A stretch of DNA of 64,000 nucleotides from an uncultured Chloroflexia bacterium (lineage in GTDB: Bacteria > Chloroflexota > Anaerolineae > CG2-30-64-16): assembly GCA_963810095.1 (NCBI GenBank), contig CAWEMM010000006.1:1419353-1483352 (forward strand), read 5' to 3'. Made by a program: the position numbers and the translations under genes. Positions 19,538 through 29,456 of this stretch are shown here, one piece after another. The notes beneath the pieces were generated by a model that ran no database searches, was not told where the DNA came from, and saw only the letters and a list, made by a program, of their open reading frames with translations. How positions within the stretch are numbered: the first letter of the stretch is position 1; each line of letters starts with the position of its first letter.

Positions 19538-20293
19538 GTGCTGACCAGCAAGCTCGAGGCCGCGCAGACCCGTCTCCGCGAACGCTCGTATCCCCATTTT
19601 GCCTGGCTGATCAACAAGGAGATCCCCTGGACCGCCCCCACGCGCCCGCTGCGCGAGTCTTCGGTGGCGCTGCTCAGCACCTGCGGACTGTACTGCCTGG
19701 ATAGCCAAGTGCCGTTTGATGCCTGGAACGACGCCGGCGACCCGTCGTTTCGCGAGATTCATATCGACACTCCGGTCGACCGGCTGGCGATCTCGCATTC
19801 GCATTACGATCATGAGCAGGTCAGGTCCGATCTGAACGTGGCCCTGCCCTTGGCCCGCTTCCGGCAGCTCGTCGAGGAGGGGGTGGTCGGGACGCTGCAT
19901 CCCTGGGCCTACAGCTTCATGGGCTACCTCCCCGAAGCGTTTCAACTGATCAGAAAGACGGCGCCCCAGGTGGCAAAGCGGCTGGCGGGGAGTGGGGTGC
20001 ACGCGGCCTTCCTGACCCCCTGCTGACCGATCTGCCAACAGTCCGTTGGACTGATCGCACGGGCCATCGAAGCGGAGGGCATCCCGACCGTTTGCGTCGT
20101 GATGAATCGCGACATTGCGGAGAACGTGGGCATTCCGCGAGCCTTGCACGTGCATTTTCCGTACGGCGCGCCGCTGGGGCCGGCCGCGCACGTGGAGACG
20201 CAAATGGCCGTGATCCGGGAGGCGCTCGGCCTGCTTGCCACGGCGACTGGCCCGGGGCAGATTCTGGAATCCACGGTCGAGTGGCCGGAGTGA
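19538..20293 (+). CDS. candidate selenoprotein, PrdB/GrdB (glycine/proline reductase selenoprotein B) family-like, with in-frame TGA (Sec) at 20024-20026
   Basis: ORFs 19244..20026 and 20099..20293 share one reading frame, separated only by that TGA. A Cys sits directly before the TGA (C-U-P-I-C). A hairpin begins 9 nt downstream. Size about 251 aa with Sec163. Confidence 0.55.
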
Positions 20294-20329
20294 CCGGCTT
20301 TTCTCAGTGATTCTTCAGGAGGAAGACTC

Positions 20330-20593
20330 GTGCGCGTCAGCATCGAATTCTGCGTAGCCTGAAACTACACGCCGCGGGCCGCCAGTTTGGCGGAAACTTT
20401 GGTCAACACCTTCAAGCCTTTCGTGGGCGGGAAACATCCCATCGAGTCCATCACCCTGATCCCCTCGGGCAATGGCCGCTACGAGGTCACGCTTGACGAC
20501 GAGCTGGTCTACTCAAAGGCCGCAACGGGCAAACACACGACAAACGAGTTTATCGTCGACCAGGTGCGAGCAAGACTGAAACTGCAACACTAG
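20330..20593 (+). CDS. selW: SelW-like (Rdx family) selenoprotein with in-frame TGA (Sec11) at 20360-20362
   Basis: GTG start preceded by AGGAGGA. Translation MRVSIEFCVAUNYTPRAASL continues into ORF 20387..20593. Canonical IE(F/Y)C-x-x-U motif. Hairpin CCGCC-AGTTT-GGCGG downstream. Confidence 0.8.
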
Positions 20594-20603
20594 CCAACAA
20601 TCT

Positions 20604-21953
20604 ATGATCGACATCTCGCTGATCATCACCATCGGCGCCATCTTTCTTTTGTCGCTGACGGCCGCATATTTGCGTTCCCGAACGAGAGACCGCTGCCTGA
20701 AGTCTTGGGAAGGATTTCACGTAACGCTGGAGCGCACGAACGGCAAGCTGGTGTGGGGTGAGCTGCACGTGGTGTCGACGGGGATGGAGTTCGTCTATGC
20801 CGGGTCGGTGCAGGACGAACGCCACCTCGAGTCCTCCTATCTTCTATATGCCTCGGAGTACGCCGAGATCCAGGCGCTCTACCGCTACGTCGCCGACCTG
20901 TCGGACCAGAGCAAGCAGCAACGGCTGCGCGACATCGATTCCTCCTTCCACCCGAACCCTGCGCGCCGCCTGCGCCGCGACGCGCAGAACTTCTTCGGCA
21001 CCGCCACCGACTCCCTGAACGAAGTCATCGGCCTCGTCGTCGGCCGGGCGGGCAAAGTGGGCGGCCGCTATATCGCCGCCGACGGCACGTCCTCGATCAA
21101 GAGCCTGAGCGGCAAGGTGCTCGGCCAGGTCGGCTCGATTTACGATCCGCTCCTCGAACGCTATATTGGGAGCCGCGTCGTGATCGAGTTGCTCGAGGGC
21201 CAGGAGGTGCACGAGCATGTGGGGATCTTGCGGAATTACAGCCAGGACTTCATCGAAATTCTCGACGTGCGTTATCCGCAGCGGCGGTCGGTTGCAGTCG
21301 AGGCAGGTGGGCGGGTCGAAGGAGAGGGGTTAATCGTCGAAAAGGTGCCCGGCAGGATCCATCTGCGCAACTGCAATGACTGGCCGGTGCTGGTCCATTC
21401 GCTGGCTTATGCGGACCACGAGGAGATGATTAATGCGGTCGTCGACGGCGACGAGGAAATCGACCTGAACGTGGAAGACGTGTCCGCACAATCCGTTAAG
21501 CTGATCGTGCGCATTCCGGAAGAACTCGACTTTATCGTGCCGCGCAGCCGCTGCGTGGTGCGTCACCGGGCGGAACAGTACCGCCAGGCCGATTTCAAAG
21601 CGCTCGTCGAGGATGTCGTTTTCGACGTGGGAAGGATATTCTCGACCAGCGGCCGCGACAACGGCCACGACAATACCGAGGCGCGGCTGCGTCAAGATGT
21701 GCGCCGGGACCCGATGAACGCGGCGGCCGCGGCTAACCTCGGATTTCTCTTAATGCAGCGGGACGAGTTGGCCGAGGCTGAGAAGTGGCTGCGGCATGCG
21801 CTGCAGTTCGAGTATTCGCTGCCCGACGGCGGCCGCCGGACGCGCATGCAACTGCGCGAGATCGAACGGCGCCGCGAGGGGTTGGATGCCTATGTCCAGG
21901 GTGCGATTCAGTCCTCGCCGACCGTCATTGGAGGCGAAGGCTCGGATTTGTGA
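20604..21953 (+). CDS. hypothetical membrane-anchored protein (N-terminal TM, C-terminal helical region)
   Basis: 449-aa ORF starting 10 nt after the selW-like stop. No family recognised. Confidence 0.55.
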   Translation: MIDISLIITIGAIFLLSLTAAYLRSRTRDRCLKSWEGFHVTLERTNGKLVWGELHVVSTGMEFVYAGSVQDERHLESSYLLYASEYAEIQALYRYVADLSDQSKQQRLRDIDSSFHPNPARRLRRDAQNFFGTATDSLNEVIGLVVGRAGKVGGRYIAADGTSSIKSLSGKVLGQVGSIYDPLLERYIGSRVVIELLEGQEVHEHVGILRNYSQDFIEILDVRYPQRRSVAVEAGGRVEGEGLIVEKVPGRIHLRNCNDWPVLVHSLAYADHEEMINAVVDGDEEIDLNVEDVSAQSVKLIVRIPEELDFIVPRSRCVVRHRAEQYRQADFKALVEDVVFDVGRIFSTSGRDNGHDNTEARLRQDVRRDPMNAAAAANLGFLLMQRDELAEAEKWLRHALQFEYSLPDGGRRTRMQLREIERRREGLDAYVQGAIQSSPTVIGGEGSDL

Positions 21954-21977
21954 TGTGCTATGAGGAGGGATGCTTGT

Positions 21978-22918
21978 ATGGCAGGTGAAACTTGCTGTGT
22001 GTGCGACAAGCCGATCGCCGGCGCGGCAAAGATGCTGGGGGGCCGCGCGTTTTGCGAGGAGCATTATGCCGCGTGTGGGGCAAAGCCGGCGAGGGCTGTG
22101 GCTCGCCACGGTCTTCCTGATCGTCGGGCTGGCGCTGTTCGTCACTGCCGTATTTTTCGCGGCGCCCGCGGTGCGCGACTCGCTGCAGGGTCCGGCCCTG
22201 GTCTTCGCCGGACTGCTGCTGGCGCTCGTTCCGGCGGCCATCTGGATGGTCGTGTTCTACCTGCAAGACCGGGCCGAGCCGGAGCCGAAGCGTTACGTGA
22301 TTGGCGTGTTTTTGCTCGGCGTGCTCCTGGCTGCGGCAATTGGTCAGCCATTGATCCGGGCGTTCGACGTGAACGCATGGGCCGCGCGGCAGCCTGGCAC
22401 TGCGGCTGCTGGCCGGCGTGTGCGTCATCGGCATCACGCAGGAGTTTCTCAAGTACGCGGCGGTGCGCTACACCGTGTTCGGCAGCGCGGAGTTCGACGA
22501 GCGAATTGACGGCATCATCTACGGGGCGGCCGCGGGCCTGGGCTACGCCACCTACCTGAACGTCAATTACGTCATCTCGAACGGCGGCGTGGACATTGGG
22601 ATCGGAGCCGTGCGGATCGCGGTCGTCGCGCTGGCCCAGGCGTCATTCGCCGGCGTCACCGGCTACTTCCTAGGCCGGGCCAAGTTCGAGAATCGGGGGC
22701 CGTTCTGGCTCCCGGTCGGGCTGTTTCTCGCCGCAGTGCTGAACGGGGTCGTCACGACGCTACTCAGCGAGATTACGCGCAGCGGCCTGCAGCCCACGCC
22801 GCTCAATGGCCTGATCTTTGCCGCCGTCGTGGCGGCGCTCACCTTTATCATCCTGTTCACCGTGATCCGCCGGGGTGCGCGGCCGATGCCCGCCGTGGCA
22901 GGAGGAGTGAACTCATGA
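21978..22918 (+). CDS. PrsW-family intramembrane protease with N-terminal zinc ribbon; two apparent frameshifts (about 22085 and about 22395)
   Basis: CCVCD...CEEHYAAC in frame 0. TM region in frame 1. QEFLKY motif and C-terminal TM region in frame 2 (ORF 22418..22918). Confidence 0.5.
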
Positions 22919-23524
22919 CCGCTGCTGCTGTCAAAATGCCTCGCAGCCGGGGCCGTGCCGAAGAGCCCGAGTGGCTGGTGTGGGCGCTGGTGCTGGTGAT
23001 GCTGGCCATCGGCCTCCTCGCACGGACGGTCGTGCTGGGTCAGACAACCACGTTCACTGCGGGCGGCGTCTCGGTTAAATACCCGGCCGCGTGGATTGCC
23101 CTAACTAAGCAGAATGACGATGACGCTGCTGACTGTGGGCCAGCCTTTTGCGGGCGGGCTTTTCCCGGCGCGTTTCGCGCTGCTGCAGATGCCGGCGAGC
23201 AGCATCAGCCGGAACGCCCAGTCGCTCGGCGACTTTGCGCTGCAGTGGTCGGACCGGGGGGCGCAGGATCTGCTGGGATACAAAGTGCTGAACATCGAGC
23301 CGGTGCAGGTGCGGGGCAAGGACGCGGTGCGGGTCGACTACGTGTACGTCGCCGAGCCGGCCCTTGCCACCCCGAACAGCATCCCCATCGTCGCGCAAGG
23401 GGCCGACATCCTCATTCCGGCGGGCGACAAGATGACGGTTGCCCGGCTCGTGGCTGCGTCCGACGAATTCGACGGCTTGGGCCAAACCTGGGACCGCATT
23501 CTCGGCTCCCTCGAGCTGCAGTAG
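22915..23524 (+). CDS. hypothetical single-TM protein; apparent frameshift near 23110-23140
   Basis: N-terminal TM segment in ORF 22915. C-terminal domain in ORF 23114..23524. ATGA overlap with the preceding gene. Confidence 0.45.
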
Positions 23525-23533
23525 GAGGCGACG

Positions 23534-25111
23534 ATGAAACGTAACTACCGCACGGCAATTCTCGCCGTCCTGGTGCTGCTGAGCCTGGCGGGCACGCTGG
23601 CGGGCAGTGCGCCGCGTGCCGAGGCCGTGGACAAGGACGTCGCCCAGCGCATCCTGCGCGCATCGGTCAAGCTGCTGACCCCCATGGATGCGGACGAGAA
23701 CTCGGGGAGCCTCTGTTCGGGCAGCATGCTGGACCCGCAGGGCTACATCCTGACGAACTTCCACTGCATCGGCTATCCGACGTCGGGCCCGAAGGACCAG
23801 GAGCTGGAAAGCCTGGGCATGGAGCCCGGCGACCTGTTCAACTCGAAGGGGCTGTCGGTGGTGGCGGTGACGGACGACCCCCGCAAGCTCCCGAAGCCCA
23901 CCTATGTCGCGCAGGTCATGTCTTCCGACCCCGAGCTGGACATTGCCGTGCTTAAGGTGATTGCGTACTACAACAGCAAGCAGAAGTTGACGGACAACCT
24001 GCCGGTGATGACGATGGACGTGGCCGATTCGGAGGCCGTTGAGACGCTGGACGACGTCATCGTCGTTGGCTATCCGGGCATTGCGGGCGACACCGTTACG
24101 GCCACGGAGGGCCGTATCTCCGGCTTCATTGACGAGGACGGCGACGATAACTTCGATTGGTTCAAGACCGACGTGTTGGTGAATCAGGGGAATTCGGGCG
24201 GCTCCGCGCTGAACGCCAAGGGCGAATTGATCGGCGTGCCGACGGCCCGGCTGCAGGACAAGTCGGGCAACGTGATCTACCTGATCCGGCCGGTCAACCG
24301 GGCCGCGGCCTATATTGAAGAAGCGCACAAGGTGGGCGCCAGCGGCGGGCAGGTGGCGACAAAGCCGCCAAGCAAGCCGGCCGCGCCTGCTCAGACGAGC
24401 GGCAAGGGGACGTTCGGCGAGCCCATCTTCGGCACGGGCTTCGACGATAACGATGGGATCACCGGCGAAGCAACCACGTTCAACTCGGGCATCAAGGAAA
24501 TTCACGCGGGTCTGCCTTACGAGAACATGCGGGACGGAACCTCCTGGGGCTACCAGTGGCAGTACGAGGGCCAGGACGTGACGGGCGAGTCGGACCTGGC
24601 GTGGGAGTTCGGCCAGTCTGGCGTGGTCGACTTGAGCCTGACCGGCAAGAAGGGGCTCACGGACGGCGAGTACAGCCTGCAGGTATACCTGCGCGGCGAC
24701 CTCGTGCAAGAGACCGGGTTTACGGTCGGACGCAAGCCGGGCAACAACCGGCCGCCCCAGAAGCCGCAGAAGCCGGTGGACGAGGGTGTGACGATCACCG
24801 GCACGATCATCGACCATGCCACCCGGCGGCCCATCCGCGACGCGATCGTCGTATTCCTGAATCCGGGGCAGACGGTGGACGATTTTGATGCGGACTCGAG
24901 TGACGGCAAGACAGAGACGGTATTCGCCTACGGCGTCAGCGACGCAAAGGGGATTTACACGCTGAACAATCCGCTGCCGCGCGGCGAGGTCTACACCGTG
25001 ATCGTTGGTGCGAAGGGCTACGCCCGCATCGCCGAGGACGACGCGCTGGAGATAACGCAGGATGATCCGGACGTGATCGAGCTTGATCCGCTGGAGTTGG
25101 ACAAGCAGTAG
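23534..25111 (+). CDS. secreted trypsin-like (S1) serine protease with C-terminal CarboxypepD_reg-like domain
   Basis: Signal peptide. Catalytic motifs TNFHC, DIAVLKV, GNSGGS. RBS AGGAGG. Confidence 0.85.
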   Translation: MKRNYRTAILAVLVLLSLAGTLAGSAPRAEAVDKDVAQRILRASVKLLTPMDADENSGSLCSGSMLDPQGYILTNFHCIGYPTSGPKDQELESLGMEPGDLFNSKGLSVVAVTDDPRKLPKPTYVAQVMSSDPELDIAVLKVIAYYNSKQKLTDNLPVMTMDVADSEAVETLDDVIVVGYPGIAGDTVTATEGRISGFIDEDGDDNFDWFKTDVLVNQGNSGGSALNAKGELIGVPTARLQDKSGNVIYLIRPVNRAAAYIEEAHKVGASGGQVATKPPSKPAAPAQTSGKGTFGEPIFGTGFDDNDGITGEATTFNSGIKEIHAGLPYENMRDGTSWGYQWQYEGQDVTGESDLAWEFGQSGVVDLSLTGKKGLTDGEYSLQVYLRGDLVQETGFTVGRKPGNNRPPQKPQKPVDEGVTITGTIIDHATRRPIRDAIVVFLNPGQTVDDFDADSSDGKTETVFAYGVSDAKGIYTLNNPLPRGEVYTVIVGAKGYARIAEDDALEITQDDPDVIELDPLELDKQ

Positions 25112-25132
25112 TGCACGCGCTGCTCACATGAG

Positions 25133-25171
25133 AACGACGCCGGGGCGGCCTGAAGCCGCCCCGGCGTCGTT
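25133..25171. terminator. bidirectional terminator hairpin (17-bp perfect stem AACGACGCCGGGGCGGC / GCCGCCCCGGCGTCGTT)
   Basis: Read directly between convergent stops at 25111 and 25183. Confidence 0.65.
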
Positions 25172-25182
25172 TAAGCCGATCG

Positions 25183-25773
25183 TTACTTAAGCAGCGTGCG
25201 CTTCAGGAACTCAACGATCACATGCGTTGGGATTGCAAACCCCACGTCCGGGCCGTTGATCATGGTGTTGATCCCCAGCAGCCGGCCGCGGACGTCCACC
25301 AGTGGTCCGCCGGAGTGGCCCGGCCGCATGTGAAGGCTGACCACCAGCCAGTCTCGCATGGCCGGCCGCATCTCGGGCCACTGCCGGCCCATGCCGATGA
25401 TGACCCCCCCGGTCGCCGCCCCTGTCACGCCCCACGGGTGGCCCAGCGCCATGACCCACTGGCCGGGCCGCACCGCCCGTGAGTCGGCCAGTTGGATCGT
25501 GGGTAGCGTCTTCGCATCGATCCTCAGCGCGGCCAGGTCACAGTCCCGGTCGACGGCCAGGATCTCCGCATCGAACTCCCGTCCGCCAACCAGCTCGACC
25601 TTTAGCGGGCCGCGGCTTGCCACATGCGCGTTTGTGACAATCAGCCCCTCGGGATGCCAGATGGTCCCCGCCCCTGCGCCACGCCGCCCGTTTCGCACCT
25701 GCACCAGGCTCTTGTACACTTCGTCGACTACGTCCGCCGACTCGACATTCAACGCCTGCACCTGATCCATCAT
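25183..25773 (-). CDS. trypsin-like serine protease (S1C) lacking a PDZ domain
   Basis: TNAHV...DLAAL...GHSGGP catalytic triad context. Confidence 0.8.
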   Translation of the reverse strand: MMDQVQALNVESADVVDEVYKSLVQVRNGRRGAGAGTIWHPEGLIVTNAHVASRGPLKVELVGGREFDAEILAVDRDCDLAALRIDAKTLPTIQLADSRAVRPGQWVMALGHPWGVTGAATGGVIIGMGRQWPEMRPAMRDWLVVSLHMRPGHSGGPLVDVRGRLLGINTMINGPDVGFAIPTHVIVEFLKRTLLK

Positions 25774-25797
25774 CTCATCCCCGGTCTTCGATACGCC

Positions 25798-26716
25798 TTA
25801 CCCCTGCTCGCCGACCAAAACGCTAATCTCGGTGACCTGGCCGCCGCGCAACAGGCGAACCGGGACGGCCTTGCCGACGCGGTCACCGCCGAGCGCGGCC
25901 AGCAGGTCGTCGAGGTGCGCGGTGCGCTGGCCGTCGAGCGAGAGCAGCGTGTCGCCCATGAAGAGGCCGCTGCGTTCCGCAGGGCTGCCGGCTTCAACCG
26001 AGCCCAGCAAAAGCCCCGTCTCCTGTCCGACTTGCTCTGCTATAGCCTGCGGCAGGCGCACGGTCTGTGCGCCTACGCCCAGATAGCCCGCGCTTCACCC
26101 GCCCGTGCCGCAGCAGCGCCTCGGCCACCCGCCGGATCGTCTCGGCCGGGATGGTCAGGGTAACGTCGCGCAGCATGGCCGACGTGTTAATGCCGACGAA
26201 CTTGCCCCCGGCACTGACCAGCGGCCCGCCCGAAAAGCCCGGGTACATGAGCGCGTCCGTCTGGAGGTAGTAGTCTAGCTGCCCGCCGGCGGGCGTGCGC
26301 CAGTCCTTTTTGAGCGCGCTGATGATCCCGAGGGTCGCCATAACGCTCTGCCCCGGCCGGCCGAGCGCCAGTGCGAGGTGGCCGACATGGAGGAAGTCAC
26401 CGCCCGCCCAAGCCGGCGCCGCCAGTTCTCCGGCCGCCTGCAGACCGTCGGCGCCGATGCGGAGGAGCGCGAGGTCGGTGGTCGGATCGCGGCCGACGAG
26501 GGTCGCGGTCACCGTGCGCCCGCCGGCCAGGCCAATGCCAATGTTCTCGTCCTGCTCGACGACATGATGCGCGGTAACGATCAACCCGTCCGCAGACCAA
26601 ACGACGCCGGTCGCGGGCAGCCGCCGCCGGCCTTCCACCCGCACGATGCTCGGGCCTGCGATCTCCACTGCCGACGCCAGCGCGTCGGACACTGATGCCA
26701 ATGCTTCGCCAGTCAT
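25798..26716 (-). CDS. HtrA/DegP-like serine protease with PDZ domain; apparent frameshift near 26065
   Basis: Protease domain in ORF 25994..26716. PDZ domain in ORF 25798..26061, which is a different frame. Confidence 0.7.
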
Positions 26717-26819
26717 AGTTGCCTCCGGTAATGGTTTACGGCGGCAGCATACCGCTTCCGACGCGCCGGCGCATCGCTCGTTGTGGGGGGAGGGGACCTG
26801 GAAAAAAGGTTAGGGAGGG

Positions 26820-27467
26820 TTACAGGAACACGAGCCCAAGACGGGTGGCGCGAACGACGGCTTCCGTGCGACTTGCCACGCCGAGCTTGCCAAGGAGGGC
26901 GTTAACGTGGAACTTGACCGTGTGCTCGCTGATGTCGAGCCGCTGCGCGATCGTCTTGTTGGGCAGCCCCTCGGCGAGGAGGCGCAGCACTTCGAGCTCG
27001 CGGGGGGTTAGCTCTTCTATCAGGGCCGGCTCGTCGCCGCCGAACGGCGGCGCGGCTGCCGTGACCGGTGCGGCGCTCAGCACGGAGCGGAACGCGGTAT
27101 CGAACAGGGACAGACCTTCGGCTGCAGCATGCAGCCCGGCGGCAATCCGGGCTGGCGGGGCGTCACGGGCCAGGACGCGCGGGCGCGCCGGCGGCCCACG
27201 CGGCCCGGGCGTCCGGCTCGTCGTTCACCAGTGCGACGACGGGGAGGCTCTTTGGGGCCTCGGCGAGGTGGGCCAGCGCGATCTCCGGTTTCCAGCCCAT
27301 ATCCCAGAGCACCACGTCGGGCCGGTGAGCGTCCAGCTCGGCCCCCAGGTCATCGCCGGCAACCCGGCCGGCAATCGACAGATCGGGGAGGTCGGCCAGC
27401 AGGACGGCCAGGCCGGCGCGTGCCAGCGGATCGTCCGCGACGATCAGGACGCGTAGCGCGCTCATGC
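26820..27467 (-). CDS. NarL/FixJ-family response regulator; apparent frameshift near 27100-27160
   Basis: Receiver domain ([14 protein letters not shown]) at the C-terminal end of ORF 27163..28692. LuxR HTH domain in ORF 26820..27083. Confidence 0.7.
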
Positions 27468-28533
27468 CGGCGCCTCGCCGGGGAGAAAGTCGACGATCAG
27501 CACGTCGGGCGGGCACCAGATGCGGAGGGGCGGCTCGGCCGAGCCGACGCCCGAGGTCACGAAGAGGTGCGTTTGACCGAAGACAAAGTGACCCTGGTCG
27601 AAGAGGCGGCCGTACTTGGAAGGCACGACGAGCGGCCCCAGGCCCGGCACGCGGATTTGGCCGCCATGATAATGGCCAGCGAAGATGGCGTTGAAGCCCT
27701 GGTCGCGCAGCGCATAGACGTTGTCGGGGGTATGCGTCAGGACGAGCTGGAGCTCGCCGGGCATGGGCTGGGGCAAGACCCACCGTTTTTCGCCCCAGGG
27801 ATGCTCGAAGCCGCTCAGCACGACGGCATGGCCGGTTCCGGTTGCCAGGCGCACGGTCTGTCCGCCGATCATGCGGACCCCGGCCGACTCTGCCGTCGCC
27901 CGGACTGCCTCGCTGCCGGCCCAGCGGTCGTGGTTGCCGATGACGCCGAACGAGCCCAGCCGGCCCGTCGCGCGGGGCAGCACGTCGCCCATCAGGGGGA
28001 TGTATTCCCGGTAGGTCACGAAGTCGCCCGTGAAAACGACGACGTCCGGCTCCGCTTCGGCCACCCGGCCCATGGCTTCGCGGAAGTAGCTCAGCGGAAG
28101 ATGGCTGTTCAGATGGAAGTCGCTCAGATGCGCGACGCGCACCGCGCGGCCCGCTCCAGCCCGAGACCGGGACCTCGTAGTGGCGCAGCACGAGGTCAGT
28201 GGTCGTCGCGGGGCGGGCGAGGTCGAGCGCGGGGCCGTGCTGGGCAACGGGCGCGGCGCCGCGGTGACGGCTGCGCACGGCGCGACGGCGGGCTTCGCCG
28301 TAGAGGGTTACGCAGAAACCGGCGGCGGGCAGCAGCACCCAGCGCGACCTGCCGATGCGCCAGCCAACCAGGCCGCTGATCCCGAGGGTGAGCAGTCCGC
28401 CCGCGCGAATCATGAAGCTCTTGAGGCGCTTGCCGCGCATCTGGATCAGGAGGCGATTGAGGACGTACAGATAGCCTGCCGAGGCCGAGACCATCGTCAG
28501 CAGCATGCTTAGGGAGCGGGTGAGGATTGTCAT
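27462..28533 (-). CDS. membrane-anchored metallophosphoesterase; apparent frameshift near 28170-28200
   Basis: N-terminal TM region in frame of ORF 27163..28692. Catalytic domain (HLSDFHL, GNHD) in ORF 27462..28247. Confidence 0.65.
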
Positions 28534-28537
28534 AAGG

Positions 28538-29456
28538 TCAGGCCACGACCGCCCGGTACGATGGGGCAAACTCGAGCGCGGTGCTGATCGTGCGGAACTG
28601 GATGTCGACGGTATCTTCGATGCGACGCGCATAGCCGCCGCCCATGACCACGGCGACGGGGATGCCGGCCTCGCGGCAGCGCTCCAGCACAAGGCAGTCG
28701 CGCCGGGCCAGGCCCTCTTTGGTCAAGGCGAGCCGGCCCAGGGTGTCGCCCGCGAAGGGATCCGCGCCGGCGAGGTAGATGGCGAAGTCTGGGCGGAAGG
28801 TGGGCAGAACGCGGTCCAGAGCGCTCGTCAGCAGGTCGAGGTACAGATTATCGTCGGCCCCGTCGGGCAACTCCACGTCCAGGTCGCTTTGCTCCTTGTG
28901 GTGCGGGAAGTTCTTGGCGCCGTGCATGGAGAAGGTGTAGATGCTCGGGTCGCCGGCCAGGAGGGCGGCCGTCCCGTTCCCCTGGTGTACGTCGCAATCG
29001 ACGATCACCGCCCGGCGCGCCCGGCCCTCGCGCTGCATGGCGCGGCGCGGCCACGACACAATCGTTGAACACGCAGAAGCCCTCGCCGTGATCGGCGAAG
29101 GCGTGGTGCGTGCCGCCGGTCAGGCTGGCGGCCAGCCCCTCTTGCAGCGCGGCCCGGCAGGCCCCCAGCGTGCTGCCCACGGAGCGCCGGCAGCGCTCGA
29201 CCAACTCGGGCGACCAGGGGAGCCCGATACGCCGCACCTCGCGGGCCGACAATTCGCCGGTAACCACCTTGTCCAGGTAACTTTGCTCGTGGGCCAGGAG
29301 CAACTCGTCGTCGGTTGCCGCGTCTGGCACGAGCATCTCGCAGCGGTCGCCCAGCTCGCGGCCGACTCGTTCACGCAGCAACGAGTACTTGGCTGCGGGG
29401 AACCGGTGGCCCTGGGGCAGCGGGTAGGTGAAGTGGTCGCAGTAAAAGACTTTCAC
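28538..29456 (-). CDS. histone deacetylase-family protein (AcuC/HDAC-like); apparent frameshift near 29050
   Basis: N-terminal part in ORF 28848..29729. C-terminal part in ORF 28538..29059. GTGA overlap with the upstream gene. Confidence 0.7.
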
